From the IMG/VR virus record IMGVR_UViG_3300024187_000018, positions 1 to 33,108 of that record: a stretch of 33,108 nt of DNA; one strand, written 5' to 3'. Below the pieces are notes generated by a model. That model was not told the origin of the DNA, searched no databases, and saw only the letters and a program-made list of their open reading frames with translations. This DNA comes from a virus (Duplodnaviria > Caudoviricetes). Every line of letters starts with the position of its first letter. The first letter of the stretch is position 1. A program made the position numbers and the translations under genes. Shown piece after piece: positions 33,087-33,108 of the stretch.

Positions 33087-33108
33087 CTAGAGCGTCATCA
33101 GCCAGTTC

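Noticed and set aside
1-33108. Stop-codon reassignment (many TAG/CTAG)
   Set aside because: Core genes are full length in the standard code and TAG stops abut the next start codons (e.g. 2655, 17231, 33087).

Overview
The whole window (GC-rich) is part of a tailed dsDNA phage genome with podovirus-like organisation, and most genes are on the minus strand. Read right to left it contains: four probable internal-virion/DNA-ejection genes (28.7-33.1 kb); an opposed lipoprotein gene; an early/middle region (18.5-28.4 kb) with ribbon-helix-helix (RHH) regulators, an ssDNA-annealing protein plus PD-(D/E)XK nuclease, a C5 cytosine methyltransferase, many small mosaic genes, RusA and a replication initiator with internal iterons; a divergent plus-strand operon of tiny genes ending in an HNH gene (16.5-18.5 kb); and terS, terL, portal, scaffold, major capsid and decoration genes (7.7-16.4 kb). 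A five-gene modification cassette (PurD-like ATP-grasp, NDP-sugar epimerase, SAM methyltransferase, GT2, GT9; 2.8-7.6 kb) follows inside the late gene run, flanked by two tiny Lys-rich ORFs and followed by signal-peptide-bearing proteins. No integrase, endolysin, tail tube/nozzle or CRISPR array is recognisable in the window. The most notable observations are the modification cassette, a 210-nt RNA with one tRNA-like fold nested inside another (23301-23510), a host-type parS site between terS and terL, a covarying GNRA leader repeat, a recurring promoter/operator motif with leaderless starts, and an A7 frameshift that joins an ORF to a zinc finger. All product calls come from motif recognition by eye; no database search was run.
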